64,000 nucleotides of DNA, from positions 551-64,550 of the forward strand of contig CALRFF010000003.1 of assembly GCA_943356495.1 (NCBI GenBank), written 5' to 3'. The position numbers and the translations under genes were made by a program. Shown here piece by piece: positions 9,046 to 17,457 of this stretch (position 1 is the stretch's first letter; each line of letters begins with the position of its first letter). A model generated the notes under the pieces. That model saw only the letters and a list, made by a program, of their open reading frames with translations, was not told the origin of the DNA and did no database searches. The DNA is from Candidatus Nomurabacteria bacterium (lineage in GTDB: Bacteria; Patescibacteriota; Minisyncoccia; Phycocordibacterales; SBAW01).

Positions 9046-9889
9046 CGTCGATATTCTTCGTATAGAGGAGCGCGCCGCGGCAATACGGCGCACGATTATT
9101 GAAATGCTGGTGGCGGCAGGCTCGGGCCACACGGCGGGCCCTTTGGGCATGGCCGATATCTTTGCGGCGCTCTATTTTAGTATCCTTAACCACGACCCTG
9201 CGCACCCCGAGTGGGCCGCACGCGACCGGCTTATTTTAAGCAACGGGCATATTGTGCCGGTGCGCTACGCGGCGATGGCACATGCGGGTTATTTTCCTGT
9301 CTCCGAATGTTTGACGCTACGCAAGTTCGGCTCGCGCCTGCAGGGGCACCCCGAGCGGCTAAAGTTGCCGGGTCTTGAGACAACCGGCGGGCCCTTAGGC
9401 TCGGGGCTCGGCCAAGCGGCGGGCATTGCCTACGGCGCGCGTATGGATGGGGCGAAATTCCGTGTGTATTGCGCCATGAGCGACGGCGAGCATGACGCGG
9501 GCAATGTGTGGGAGTCGGTTATGTTTGCGGGCGCCAACCGGCTGAGCAACCTTACCGTTATTATCGACCGCAACAATATACAAATAAACGGCATGACGGA
9601 ACAGGTGATGCCTCTTGAGGGTTTGCGCGCCAAGTACGAGGCGTTTAACTGGCACGTGCTCGAGGTAGACGGCCACAATATCGCCGCGATTATCTCGATG
9701 GTCAACCAAGCCAAAGCAATTTACGAAAAACCGACCTGCATTATTGCCCACACGATACCCGGCAAAGGCGTTAAAGAAATCGAGTTTGACTACAAGTGGC
9801 ACGGCAAACCACCAAGCTATGAGGAGGCGCAAAAATTCTTGGCCGAGCTACGTACGATGAAGGGTAAGATAACAAGCGAACACCAATAA
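9035..9889 (+). CDS. Transketolase, N-terminal subunit (split tkt)
   Basis: GSGHTAGPLGMADIF, QGHPER, DGEHDAGNVWE. The gene ends ATGA-coupled to the C-terminal subunit. Confidence 0.9.
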   Translation: MLSDVDILRIEERAAAIRRTIIEMLVAAGSGHTAGPLGMADIFAALYFSILNHDPAHPEWAARDRLILSNGHIVPVRYAAMAHAGYFPVSECLTLRKFGSRLQGHPERLKLPGLETTGGPLGSGLGQAAGIAYGARMDGAKFRVYCAMSDGEHDAGNVWESVMFAGANRLSNLTVIIDRNNIQINGMTEQVMPLEGLRAKYEAFNWHVLEVDGHNIAAIISMVNQAKAIYEKPTCIIAHTIPGKGVKEIEFDYKWHGKPPSYEEAQKFLAELRTMKGKITSEHQ

Positions 9890-10881
9890 TGATTACTCCC
9901 GACGCAAAACTTAAAGAAAATCTTTTTGACAAGCCCGAGACGGCGCCGACGCGCGACGGCTTTGGTAAAGCGCTGCTTGAGCTCGGCGAAAGTAACCCCA
10001 ATGTCGTCGTCTTGTGCGCCGACTTGGCCGAAAGCACGCGCGTACTGCCGTTTAAAGAAAAGTATCCCGACCGGTATATAGAGTTGGGCGTTGCCGAGCA
10101 AAACTTGGCTACCGTAGCTTCGGGCCTCGCCACCTACGGCAAAATCCCTTTTATTACCTCTTATGCAACCTTTTCCCCGGGCCGCAACAACGAGCAAATA
10201 CGCACCACTATTGCCCTTAACAATGTGCCGGTAAAAATCATCGGTTCGCATGCGGGGCTCAGTGTCGGCCCCGACGGCGCGACGCACCAGGCGCTCGAGG
10301 ACATGGCGCTTATGCGCGTGCTCCCTAACATGACGGTCCTTTCCCCGTGCGACAGCGAGGAGGCGCGCAAAGCGACGCTTGCCGCCGCCGCGCACGCGGG
10401 GCCCGTGTATGTGCGTTTAGGCCGCGCGCCGACCGCCGCAATAACTACGGCCGAAACACCGTTTGCAATAGGCAAAGCGCAGTTGGTGTGGGCAGGCGAG
10501 CATGCGGCCGAGGTCGCGGTGTTTGCTACGGGACCGCTTTTGTACCAAGCACTATGCGCCGCCAAAGAGCTTGAGCACCATATACCGGTTGAGGTGTATA
10601 ACGTGCACAGCGTTAAGCCGCTCGACGTTGAGGAGCTGGCCGACGCCGCCGAGCGCGCCGGCGCGGTAGTAACGGTCGAGGAGCATCAGGTTGCAGGGGG
10701 CCTCGGCGGCGCTATTGCCGAAGTGTTGGCGGCCCGGTGCCCCGTGCCGGTGGAGTTTGTAGGAGTCAAAGATAGCTTCGGCCAGTCGGGAGAGCCCGCG
10801 GAGCTTATCGAGCACTACGGGCTTGGAAAGTCGGGTATACTACAGGCTATACAAAGGGTACACACCCGCAAAACCCTATGA
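9889..10881 (+). CDS. Transketolase, C-terminal subunit (split tkt)
   Basis: FGKALLELGESNPNVVVLCADL, YIELGVAEQNLATVASGLA, SHAGLSVGPDGATHQALEDMALMRVLPNM. Confidence 0.9.
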   Translation: MITPDAKLKENLFDKPETAPTRDGFGKALLELGESNPNVVVLCADLAESTRVLPFKEKYPDRYIELGVAEQNLATVASGLATYGKIPFITSYATFSPGRNNEQIRTTIALNNVPVKIIGSHAGLSVGPDGATHQALEDMALMRVLPNMTVLSPCDSEEARKATLAAAAHAGPVYVRLGRAPTAAITTAETPFAIGKAQLVWAGEHAAEVAVFATGPLLYQALCAAKELEHHIPVEVYNVHSVKPLDVEELADAAERAGAVVTVEEHQVAGGLGGAIAEVLAARCPVPVEFVGVKDSFGQSGEPAELIEHYGLGKSGILQAIQRVHTRKTL

Positions 10882-11069
10882 TTACCCGAGGACAAGCAAC
10901 ACTATTGGGCGAGAACGTCCGCAGCTTCGTGGGCCTAAGTTTTGTCGCCAGTTTTTCGCTCGCGATGGCGCTCCTTATTTGGCAAACCGCATTTGATGAA
11001 AACCCGGTGGCCAACGCCATGGCAAAGGCGCTGTACGACCGCAACATACAGTACTCGCAGGAGATTTAA
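10878..11069 (+). CDS. Small hypothetical protein
   Basis: ORF only. ATGA overlap with the tktC stop. Confidence 0.25.
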   Translation: MITRGQATLLGENVRSFVGLSFVASFSLAMALLIWQTAFDENPVANAMAKALYDRNIQYSQEI

Positions 11070-11079
11070 AGCGGCTTAG

Positions 11080-13860
11080 TTACCGTTTTTCAGTAATTGT
11101 AAGCAGTTGGTCTACAGGGACCGCTGTACTAACTGTTTTAATACCCGAGGGCCACAGCACCGTAATGTCGACGGGGTTTGTTTGCTTGCCGAGTCCGAAT
11201 AGTAGGCGGTGCGAGCTCTGCGCGTAGAAACTGCTCCCCAGCAACACGGTTTGTGTTTGGGTAGTGCCGCCGGCGGTAACAGACACGACGGCGCCCACGG
11301 CGTCGGCGTTGCTTACGGTGCCCGTAAGATTAACTGCAATATAATGTGCGCCCGTGCCGGTGTTGCGGTACAGGGTCGGCGGTGTGCGCGCGACACCAAA
11401 GGCAAAGTATCCGACAAACAGGTCGGGGTAGCCGTCGTTGTCGTAGTCGGCGACCGCCGAGGGCCGGGTCAGTTGGCCGTCTGCGGGGCAAAAACCCTGT
11501 GCGGTGACATCGGCAAAACCGGTGGCGGTGCGTCGGTACAGCTTGTCCGAGCGGTACAGCGCGCGGGTAAGGTCGAGCCGCGGCAGGTCAGAGCGCGTCT
11601 CGACGTTGCCGTTGCCGACAAACAGGTCGCGCCGGCCGTCGTTGTCGTAGTCAAACAGGTTAATGCCCCAGGCGATACTAAGCGGGTTAAGCCGGTGTAC
11701 CCAGCGCTCGTCGGTAAAAGTGCCGTTACCGTTGTTTTTGTACAACTCGGTCTTGCTGATGTTGCTTACCGCCACATCCTGCAGGCCGTCGCCGCTGTAG
11801 TCGCCGACGTCGGCCCCCATGCCGTCGCCGTAAAAGTTCATACCCGCCTCGGCGGTCATGTTAGAGAATGTCAGCCTGCCGTCGTTGCGCATAAGCAGGT
11901 TGGTGCCCCAGTCGACGCTTAAAAATATGTCCTGCCTGCCGTCTTGGTTATAGTCGAACGATACCGGTTGGTAAAACGAGTTGGATACGGCGTCGTACGG
12001 GTGTTCGGCGGTAGAAAATGACTGACCGGTGCTGCTAGCGTAGAGCGCGTGCAGTTGCGCGGCAAACGGCGCGTGCTCGGTAAACCCATTGCCGCCTCGG
12101 TTGGTAAACAAATGCGCCGAGCCCGGTTTGTATGCGGTAGCAAAAAAGAGGTCGTCGAGGTTGTGGTGCAATGCCTGCGGGTCTTTGGTAAGGGGGATCC
12201 GTTCCACCGTAAGCATGCAGCCGCCGTCTGCCACAAACGCGTCGCGCGCCGCGGCGCGGGCAAACTCCGGCGGTCCGTACTTTTGCAGAATCGCGGTGAC
12301 GACCGCGCTGTCGCATATAATTTGTTGCTGCGTATTGAGATACGGTTCAAAAAAAGCTTTAAGTAACGCCCAGTTGCCGACCGGCGAGAGGTCGTAGTAG
12401 TTGGCCTGCGCCGCGTACACAAAGTCGAGGTACCCGTCGCTGTCGTAGTCGGCAAAGGAGAGCGTGCCGCCGCCCGGCGGCAGGGTAAACGCATTCAGCC
12501 CGAGCGCCTTCGTTGTTTCGCTAAAGCCGCTGCCGGTATTTTTAAATACGCGCACGGCGGTGACTTTTGGTTTTTGTGCCAGAGGTTCGCCGTCTACGGC
12601 CGTACGATAGTCTTGCATGCCTTGTACGACAAACAGGTCGCGCCGGCCGTCATTGTCGTAGTCGGCAAAGAACGCGCTTTGCGAGTTAACGGCGGGCAAG
12701 CCCGCAGCGGTTGTGGTGTCGACAAACCCCAGAGGGGTATTGCGATACAACCGGCTGGGTTCGTCGATACTCGAGACAAACAAGTCGTCGCGGCCGTCGC
12801 TGTCGTAGTCGCCCCACGAAGCGCCGGTGGTCATGCGCGCCGAGGCATTAAATGATTTGTCAGGGACAAACGCAGGAGTTTTTGAGCATTGTGTTATCGA
12901 CGGGCTTTCGACACCCATCAGCAAAAATGCCGGCGAGACACGGGTAAATTCTACATACAGGCCGTCTTTGCGTATGGTCTGTACGTAGGCGGCCCCCATG
13001 GCCAGTACCAAAAAAAGACACGCAAGACTATTTTTGGGCAGTGCGGCCGCTTTGGTGGGCACAAGTCGCATGGCGTATGCGGAGAGGAGCGTAAGCACTG
13101 TTACGCCAAACGATGCGACAAACAGCGCATACTTGACCCCCAGCATTTCCAGCAAGAAGAATGCCGAGGCAACCCCGATGCCGTGCAGTATCCGCGGGTA
13201 CGTGCCCGTGGGCGAGGTGCGCGGGTCGGTAATCATAAACGAGGCAAAAAGCACCAGCGAGGGGCCGAGTATCCCGTAGTGGTGCACCGACAATATATCG
13301 AGATGGAAAGGAACTGATATAAGGAGGAGTGCGGTGTAGCTGAGCAAAAAAGACAACGTTGTTATCCATGCGCCTGCGCGGTAGGAAATAAAAAAGCATA
13401 TAGCCGCTACCAGCGCGTAGACCCATAGACTGTTGCCCCATTGCGTAAACTCGACTGTTGCGGCGGAGGGGAAGGCAAATACCAACACCACGACGGCGAT
13501 GTTCGACGGATTAAAAATGTGTTTACCGTTTGCTTTGAGTACGTATTTTGAGCCTACGGCGACGAGTGCGGCAAGAAAAAAGTATATGGGGTCGGTTGCT
13601 CTAAAAAATATAGCTATCCCAAGCGCCGCGGCTACGGCGCTTGCGGGGAAAAACAGCTCAAACGGGAGACCTTTGGCACGGCGCGCTATGTAGGTAAAAA
13701 GAAGTTCGGCCGCAACAGCGGTGGCAAGCCCGACGACGATGTCTGTCCACCCGAGGTTAAACTCCAGCACCGTCTTGCCCAAGACAACAAAGAACGCTTG
13801 CGCGGCTATAAGGAGATATAGCGGGTTCAGCCCGTTAACGATGTCGCTAACGGGCTTCAC
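11080..13860 (-). CDS. CRTAC1-family protein (FG-GAP/VCBS repeats plus a C-terminal ASPIC/UnbV domain) fused to an N-terminal ~280-aa polytopic membrane domain
   Basis: At least seven DYDNDGRRDLFV-type FG-GAP repeats. C-terminal UnbV-like LLGSSFYAQSSHRLLFGLG...VLWPSGIKT. The N terminus has ~8 predicted TM helices. Confidence 0.65.
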   Translation of the reverse strand: MKPVSDIVNGLNPLYLLIAAQAFFVVLGKTVLEFNLGWTDIVVGLATAVAAELLFTYIARRAKGLPFELFFPASAVAAALGIAIFFRATDPIYFFLAALVAVGSKYVLKANGKHIFNPSNIAVVVLVFAFPSAATVEFTQWGNSLWVYALVAAICFFISYRAGAWITTLSFLLSYTALLLISVPFHLDILSVHHYGILGPSLVLFASFMITDPRTSPTGTYPRILHGIGVASAFFLLEMLGVKYALFVASFGVTVLTLLSAYAMRLVPTKAAALPKNSLACLFLVLAMGAAYVQTIRKDGLYVEFTRVSPAFLLMGVESPSITQCSKTPAFVPDKSFNASARMTTGASWGDYDSDGRDDLFVSSIDEPSRLYRNTPLGFVDTTTAAGLPAVNSQSAFFADYDNDGRRDLFVVQGMQDYRTAVDGEPLAQKPKVTAVRVFKNTGSGFSETTKALGLNAFTLPPGGGTLSFADYDSDGYLDFVYAAQANYYDLSPVGNWALLKAFFEPYLNTQQQIICDSAVVTAILQKYGPPEFARAAARDAFVADGGCMLTVERIPLTKDPQALHHNLDDLFFATAYKPGSAHLFTNRGGNGFTEHAPFAAQLHALYASSTGQSFSTAEHPYDAVSNSFYQPVSFDYNQDGRQDIFLSVDWGTNLLMRNDGRLTFSNMTAEAGMNFYGDGMGADVGDYSGDGLQDVAVSNISKTELYKNNGNGTFTDERWVHRLNPLSIAWGINLFDYDNDGRRDLFVGNGNVETRSDLPRLDLTRALYRSDKLYRRTATGFADVTAQGFCPADGQLTRPSAVADYDNDGYPDLFVGYFAFGVARTPPTLYRNTGTGAHYIAVNLTGTVSNADAVGAVVSVTAGGTTQTQTVLLGSSFYAQSSHRLLFGLGKQTNPVDITVLWPSGIKTVSTAVPVDQLLTITEKR

Positions 13861-14849
13861 AACGGTCGTACTGCAAAGGGCGCCGGCGGGTTAGCCAAGT
13901 TGTGCTCCAATTGCTCGCGTTTTAGCAGACCTTTTTGCGCTCCTATCTCTTGCAGCACGGCCGAGGCGTTGGTCGCCCCCCACATTAGCGCTGTCTGCAG
14001 GTCTTTGCCCAGTTGGAGCGCGGCCACGGTGGTCGAGGCAAAAGCGTCACCTGCGCCCGTAATTTCGTACGGTGGGCGCGGGTCGGGGTATCGGGGGATA
14101 AACCAGAAGTTATTTTCTTCATCCACGGCCGTGGCGCCGCGTACGTCGTCGGTGATGACAACGATCTTAGGGCCCAACGCTTTCATCTGAGTCAGTAATG
14201 CTTTGGCGTCTTGTGTTGGCTCGATACCTAATATCCGTTCCGCCTCTTCTTTGTTGCAAAACACAATGTGCGCGCGCTGGTACACTGCAGCCAGCGCTTC
14301 TTTGCCGAATTTCATCTGGTAGGTGCCGGGCTGGAAGGCGAGTTTAACGCCGGGATTTTTTTGCAGATACTCTATCCACGTACTGTGATACGGTAGAGAA
14401 TTTTCGCTTAGGGAAGAAAGGTAGAGCCATGCCGGCGGCTCGGCAACGGCGGGCACCGCATAGTCAAACGTTTCGTGCTTTACCAAAATGGTGCGTTGGC
14501 CCTCAAACCACAGCACGTAATGGTAGTTAGTTTTCTTACCGTTCTGTTTTTCTACAAAATCAGTGTTTACTTGGTCGGCTGCAAGGCTGGCAAGGCACTG
14601 TGCCCCCCACTGGTCGGCGCCGACATAGGCCCGCAGGCCGGAGCTAAGCCCGAGGCGGGCCGCCGCAACAGCGGCGTTGGCCGAGTTGCCCACCGCCGGC
14701 ACTATCGTTGATGACTCGAAAGGGATTTTGTCGCCCCAACGCATGCATATCTCGCAGGACTCGTCGTTTATGTTGCAGTGCACGCGCGCGTCTTTAAGCC
14801 TGATAAAGGCGTCTACCACCAGGTCGCCTACCGCAAGGAAGTCCATATA
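13857..14849 (-). CDS. PfkB-family carbohydrate kinase (ribokinase-like). The start is trimmed to MDFLAVGDLVVD.
   Basis: N-terminal DxxxxGD motif and C-terminal ITGAGDAFASTTVAALQLG anion-hole motif. The longer ORF reaches 14960. Confidence 0.75.
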   Translation of the reverse strand, partial: YMDFLAVGDLVVDAFIRLKDARVHCNINDESCEICMRWGDKIPFESSTIVPAVGNSANAAVAAARLGLSSGLRAYVGADQWGAQCLASLAADQVNTDFVEKQNGKKTNYHYVLWFEGQRTILVKHETFDYAVPAVAEPPAWLYLSSLSENSLPYHSTWIEYLQKNPGVKLAFQPGTYQMKFGKEALAAVYQRAHIVFCNKEEAERILGIEPTQDAKALLTQMKALGPKIVVITDDVRGATAVDEENNFWFIPRYPDPRPPYEITGAGDAFASTTVAALQLGKDLQTALMWGATNASAVLQEIGAQKGLLKREQLEHNLANPPAPFAVRPL

Positions 14850-14870
14850 ATTAGTAGTATACTGCAAGTC

Positions 14871-15743
14871 ATGCAGACGTTGCGGCAGGTGATTGGGGAT
14901 TTTAAAAAGTCGGGGCGCGCGATAGGGCATTTTAATGTCTCGGACTCTAACCAGCTGCATGCTATTGCGCTTGCAAGCAAAGAAACGGGCTTGCCCGTCA
15001 TCGTCGGTTTGTCAGAGGGCGAGCGGGAGTATTTTCCTATCCGCCATGCCAAGGCACTTGTTGATGTGTACCGCACGCACGGCATTAACATCTACCTCAA
15101 CGCCGACCATACCTACAGTTTAGAAAAGGCGGTGGCCGCAATTGACGCAGGGGTAGACTCTATCGTCGTCGATGGCGCCAATTTGCCGATGGCCGCCAAT
15201 ATTGCGCTCGTAAAGGCGGTTGTGGAGTATGCCAAATCCAAGAAAACATTCTGGGGCGGCCGCGACATTGTGGTCGAGGGCGAGCTCGGCTACATCGGCA
15301 CCTCGAGCAAACAGCTGGACGCTTTGCCCGAGGGAGTGACGCTTGAAAATTTGACCAGCATTGTAGACGCTAAACAATTTGTCGCCGAGTCGGGTGTGGC
15401 CTGCTTTGCGCCGGCGGTGGGCAATATACACGGCATGCTAAAAAATGCCGCCGAGCCGCGCCTGCATCCCGAGCGGGTTAAAGAGATAGCCGACATGGTC
15501 GGCATACCCTTGGTGCTCCACGGCGCCTCGGGCAACACCGCCGAGGATATAAAAGAGTGCATTACCGCGGGTGTGGCGGTGGTGCATATTAACACCGAGT
15601 TTCGTGTAGCGTACCGCGACGCTTTGCGCGACCAAATTGCCCAGAATCCGGACGAAACGGCGCCCTACAAGTTGCTGACTCCGGTCGTGCAGAAACTAAA
15701 GGAATTCATAATCCAGAAACAGCACCTGTTTGCAAAAGCCTAG
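14871..15743 (+). CDS. fba: Class II fructose/tagatose-bisphosphate aldolase
   Basis: GHFNVSD, IYLNADHT (Zn His), EGELGYIGT, VGNIHGM, LVLHGASG. Close in organisation to Bacillus FbaA. Confidence 0.85.
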   Translation: MQTLRQVIGDFKKSGRAIGHFNVSDSNQLHAIALASKETGLPVIVGLSEGEREYFPIRHAKALVDVYRTHGINIYLNADHTYSLEKAVAAIDAGVDSIVVDGANLPMAANIALVKAVVEYAKSKKTFWGGRDIVVEGELGYIGTSSKQLDALPEGVTLENLTSIVDAKQFVAESGVACFAPAVGNIHGMLKNAAEPRLHPERVKEIADMVGIPLVLHGASGNTAEDIKECITAGVAVVHINTEFRVAYRDALRDQIAQNPDETAPYKLLTPVVQKLKEFIIQKQHLFAKA

Positions 15744-15767
15744 ATTCTTCGGTATATTGTGCGGGTC

Positions 15768-16421
15768 ATGGAACTCGCTGTTACCAAGCGCGATAAAGCC
15801 AAAAGCCCCAATACTCTCCGTCGGGAGGGAGTTTTGCCTGCGGTCCTCTACGGCCGCTCCCAAGAGGCTACTCCGGTGGCTGTTGACCGCAAGGTGTTTG
15901 AAAAGCTTTTCCACACCGCGGGCGAGTCCACGGTTATTACTCTGACCGGCCTCGATACTCAAAAGCAAGTGCTTATACAGGAAGTCGCGACCGACCCGGT
16001 TACCGGCGTCGCGGTGCACGCCGACTTTTACGCAATAGAAAAGGGCCAACTGGTTACCGTCTCGGTACCGCTCGAGTTCGACGGCGTTGCTCCGGCTGTT
16101 AAGGATCTTGGCGGCATTTTGACCAAGGTTATGCACGAGCTCGAGATAGAGTGTGAGCCGTCTGAGCTTCCGCAGGCAATACATGTAGACGTTTCCAAAC
16201 TTGCTACCCTTGAAGACCAAATAAAGGTCAGCGACCTTAAGCTCCCTAAGAGCGCCAAAATTTCTGTTGATGTCGACGAGGTAGTGGCCATGATCTCGGT
16301 CGCCAAAGAGGAGGTTGAGGAGGTTGCTCCGATGGACCTCTCGACTATCGAGACCTCTGTGGAGCGCGGCAAAAAGGAAGAGGAAGGCGAGCCCGCCGCC
16401 GAAGGAGAGCCAAAAGAGTAA
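15768..16421 (+). CDS. rplY: 50S ribosomal protein L25 (general stress protein Ctc form)
   Basis: MELAVTKRD...REGVLPAVLYG at the N terminus, with an acidic C-terminal tail. Confidence 0.85.
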   Translation: MELAVTKRDKAKSPNTLRREGVLPAVLYGRSQEATPVAVDRKVFEKLFHTAGESTVITLTGLDTQKQVLIQEVATDPVTGVAVHADFYAIEKGQLVTVSVPLEFDGVAPAVKDLGGILTKVMHELEIECEPSELPQAIHVDVSKLATLEDQIKVSDLKLPKSAKISVDVDEVVAMISVAKEEVEEVAPMDLSTIETSVERGKKEEEGEPAAEGEPKE

Positions 16422-16545
16422 CCACGAAAAGTGGCTTCGCCACCTCGTGGCCTGCGGCCGAGAAGCAGGCTTTGCAGGGCTCGTGGCGGGCCAACTTGAG
16501 TGAGCCCCGCGTGAGTCCTCGAATTTTGCGGGGTATTCTTGGTAT

Positions 16546-16836
16546 ATGTATACGGTCTATGTGTTGGAAAGCCAACGAGACAAATCCTGGTATATCGGCC
16601 AGACAGACGACCTAAGGCGTCGCCTGATGCAGCATAATTCAGGCAATGGGGGTAGGACTACAAGAATTAAAGGCGGACCGTGGAAGTTGGTATACGCTGA
16701 AGCGTATTGTGACAAAAGAGATGCATTAGGTCGGGAAAAGTTTTTAAAAGGTGGTTCTGGTCGGAAATATTTACAAAAGCAACTAGTGCATTATTTACAA
16801 GACACTCCTACCCTCGAAGGAAGTTATATAAAATGA
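16546..16836 (+). CDS. GIY-YIG nuclease family protein (small, UPF0213/Slx1-like)
   Basis: YTVYVLESQRDKSWYIGQTDDLRRRLMQHN. Local GC (~45-50 %) is well below the flanks. Confidence 0.7.
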   Translation: MYTVYVLESQRDKSWYIGQTDDLRRRLMQHNSGNGGRTTRIKGGPWKLVYAEAYCDKRDALGREKFLKGGSGRKYLQKQLVHYLQDTPTLEGSYIK

Positions 16837-17417
16837 AAACCGCGATTATTGTACACGGATGGGACGGGACGCCGCAGGAAGGCTGGTTTCCTTGGCTTAA
16901 AAAAGAGCTGGAGGCGAGAGGGTTTGAGGTGCGTGTGCCGCAGTTACCGGACCAAGCCAACCCGCGAATTTACAACTGGGTGCCAGCGCTTGCTGCAGCA
17001 GTAGGTACTCCTACTGAGCAAACATATTTAATTGGACACAGTATGGGTTGTCAGACTATTGCCCGCTACTTAGAAAGTCTGCCTGAGGGACAAAAAATTG
17101 GTGGAGTAGTTTTTGTGGCAGGATTCTTTAAACATCTTACCGGTCTTGAGGATGACCCTGCTGTGCAAGAAACAGACAAGCATTGGCTCGAGACCCCGCT
17201 CGACTTGGTAAAAGTTCGGTCGCATCTGCCTAAAAGTATTGCAATTTTTTCCGACGATGACCCGTGGGTACCGCTCGACAACCAAGATGATTTCCGCGAC
17301 AAGCTTAATAGCGAAATAGTCATTGAGTACAAGAAAGGGCATTTTAGTGGTGGAGAAGGACATACTGAGCTCCCTGCAGCACTAGAAAGCGTACTCAAAC
17401 TGAGCGCTTCATGGTAA
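16833..17417 (+). CDS. Alpha/beta serine hydrolase (RBBP9/YdeN family)
   Basis: AIIVHGWDGTP, nucleophile elbow GHSMG, C-terminal HF. The ATGA overlap with the GIY-YIG gene suggests co-transcription, and it lies in the same low-GC islet. Confidence 0.7.
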   Translation: MKTAIIVHGWDGTPQEGWFPWLKKELEARGFEVRVPQLPDQANPRIYNWVPALAAAVGTPTEQTYLIGHSMGCQTIARYLESLPEGQKIGGVVFVAGFFKHLTGLEDDPAVQETDKHWLETPLDLVKVRSHLPKSIAIFSDDDPWVPLDNQDDFRDKLNSEIVIEYKKGHFSGGEGHTELPAALESVLKLSASW

Positions 17418-17457
17418 GCAAAAAACGCGGCGCGCGTCTGATATAATTGAACTAATA

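Noticed and set aside
14850-14960. 5' extension of the PfkB ORF (MQLVRV...) and 5' extension of the aldolase ORF (MHARVF...)
   Set aside because: The extensions overlap each other on opposite strands and precede the conserved N termini. Internal starts were used instead.
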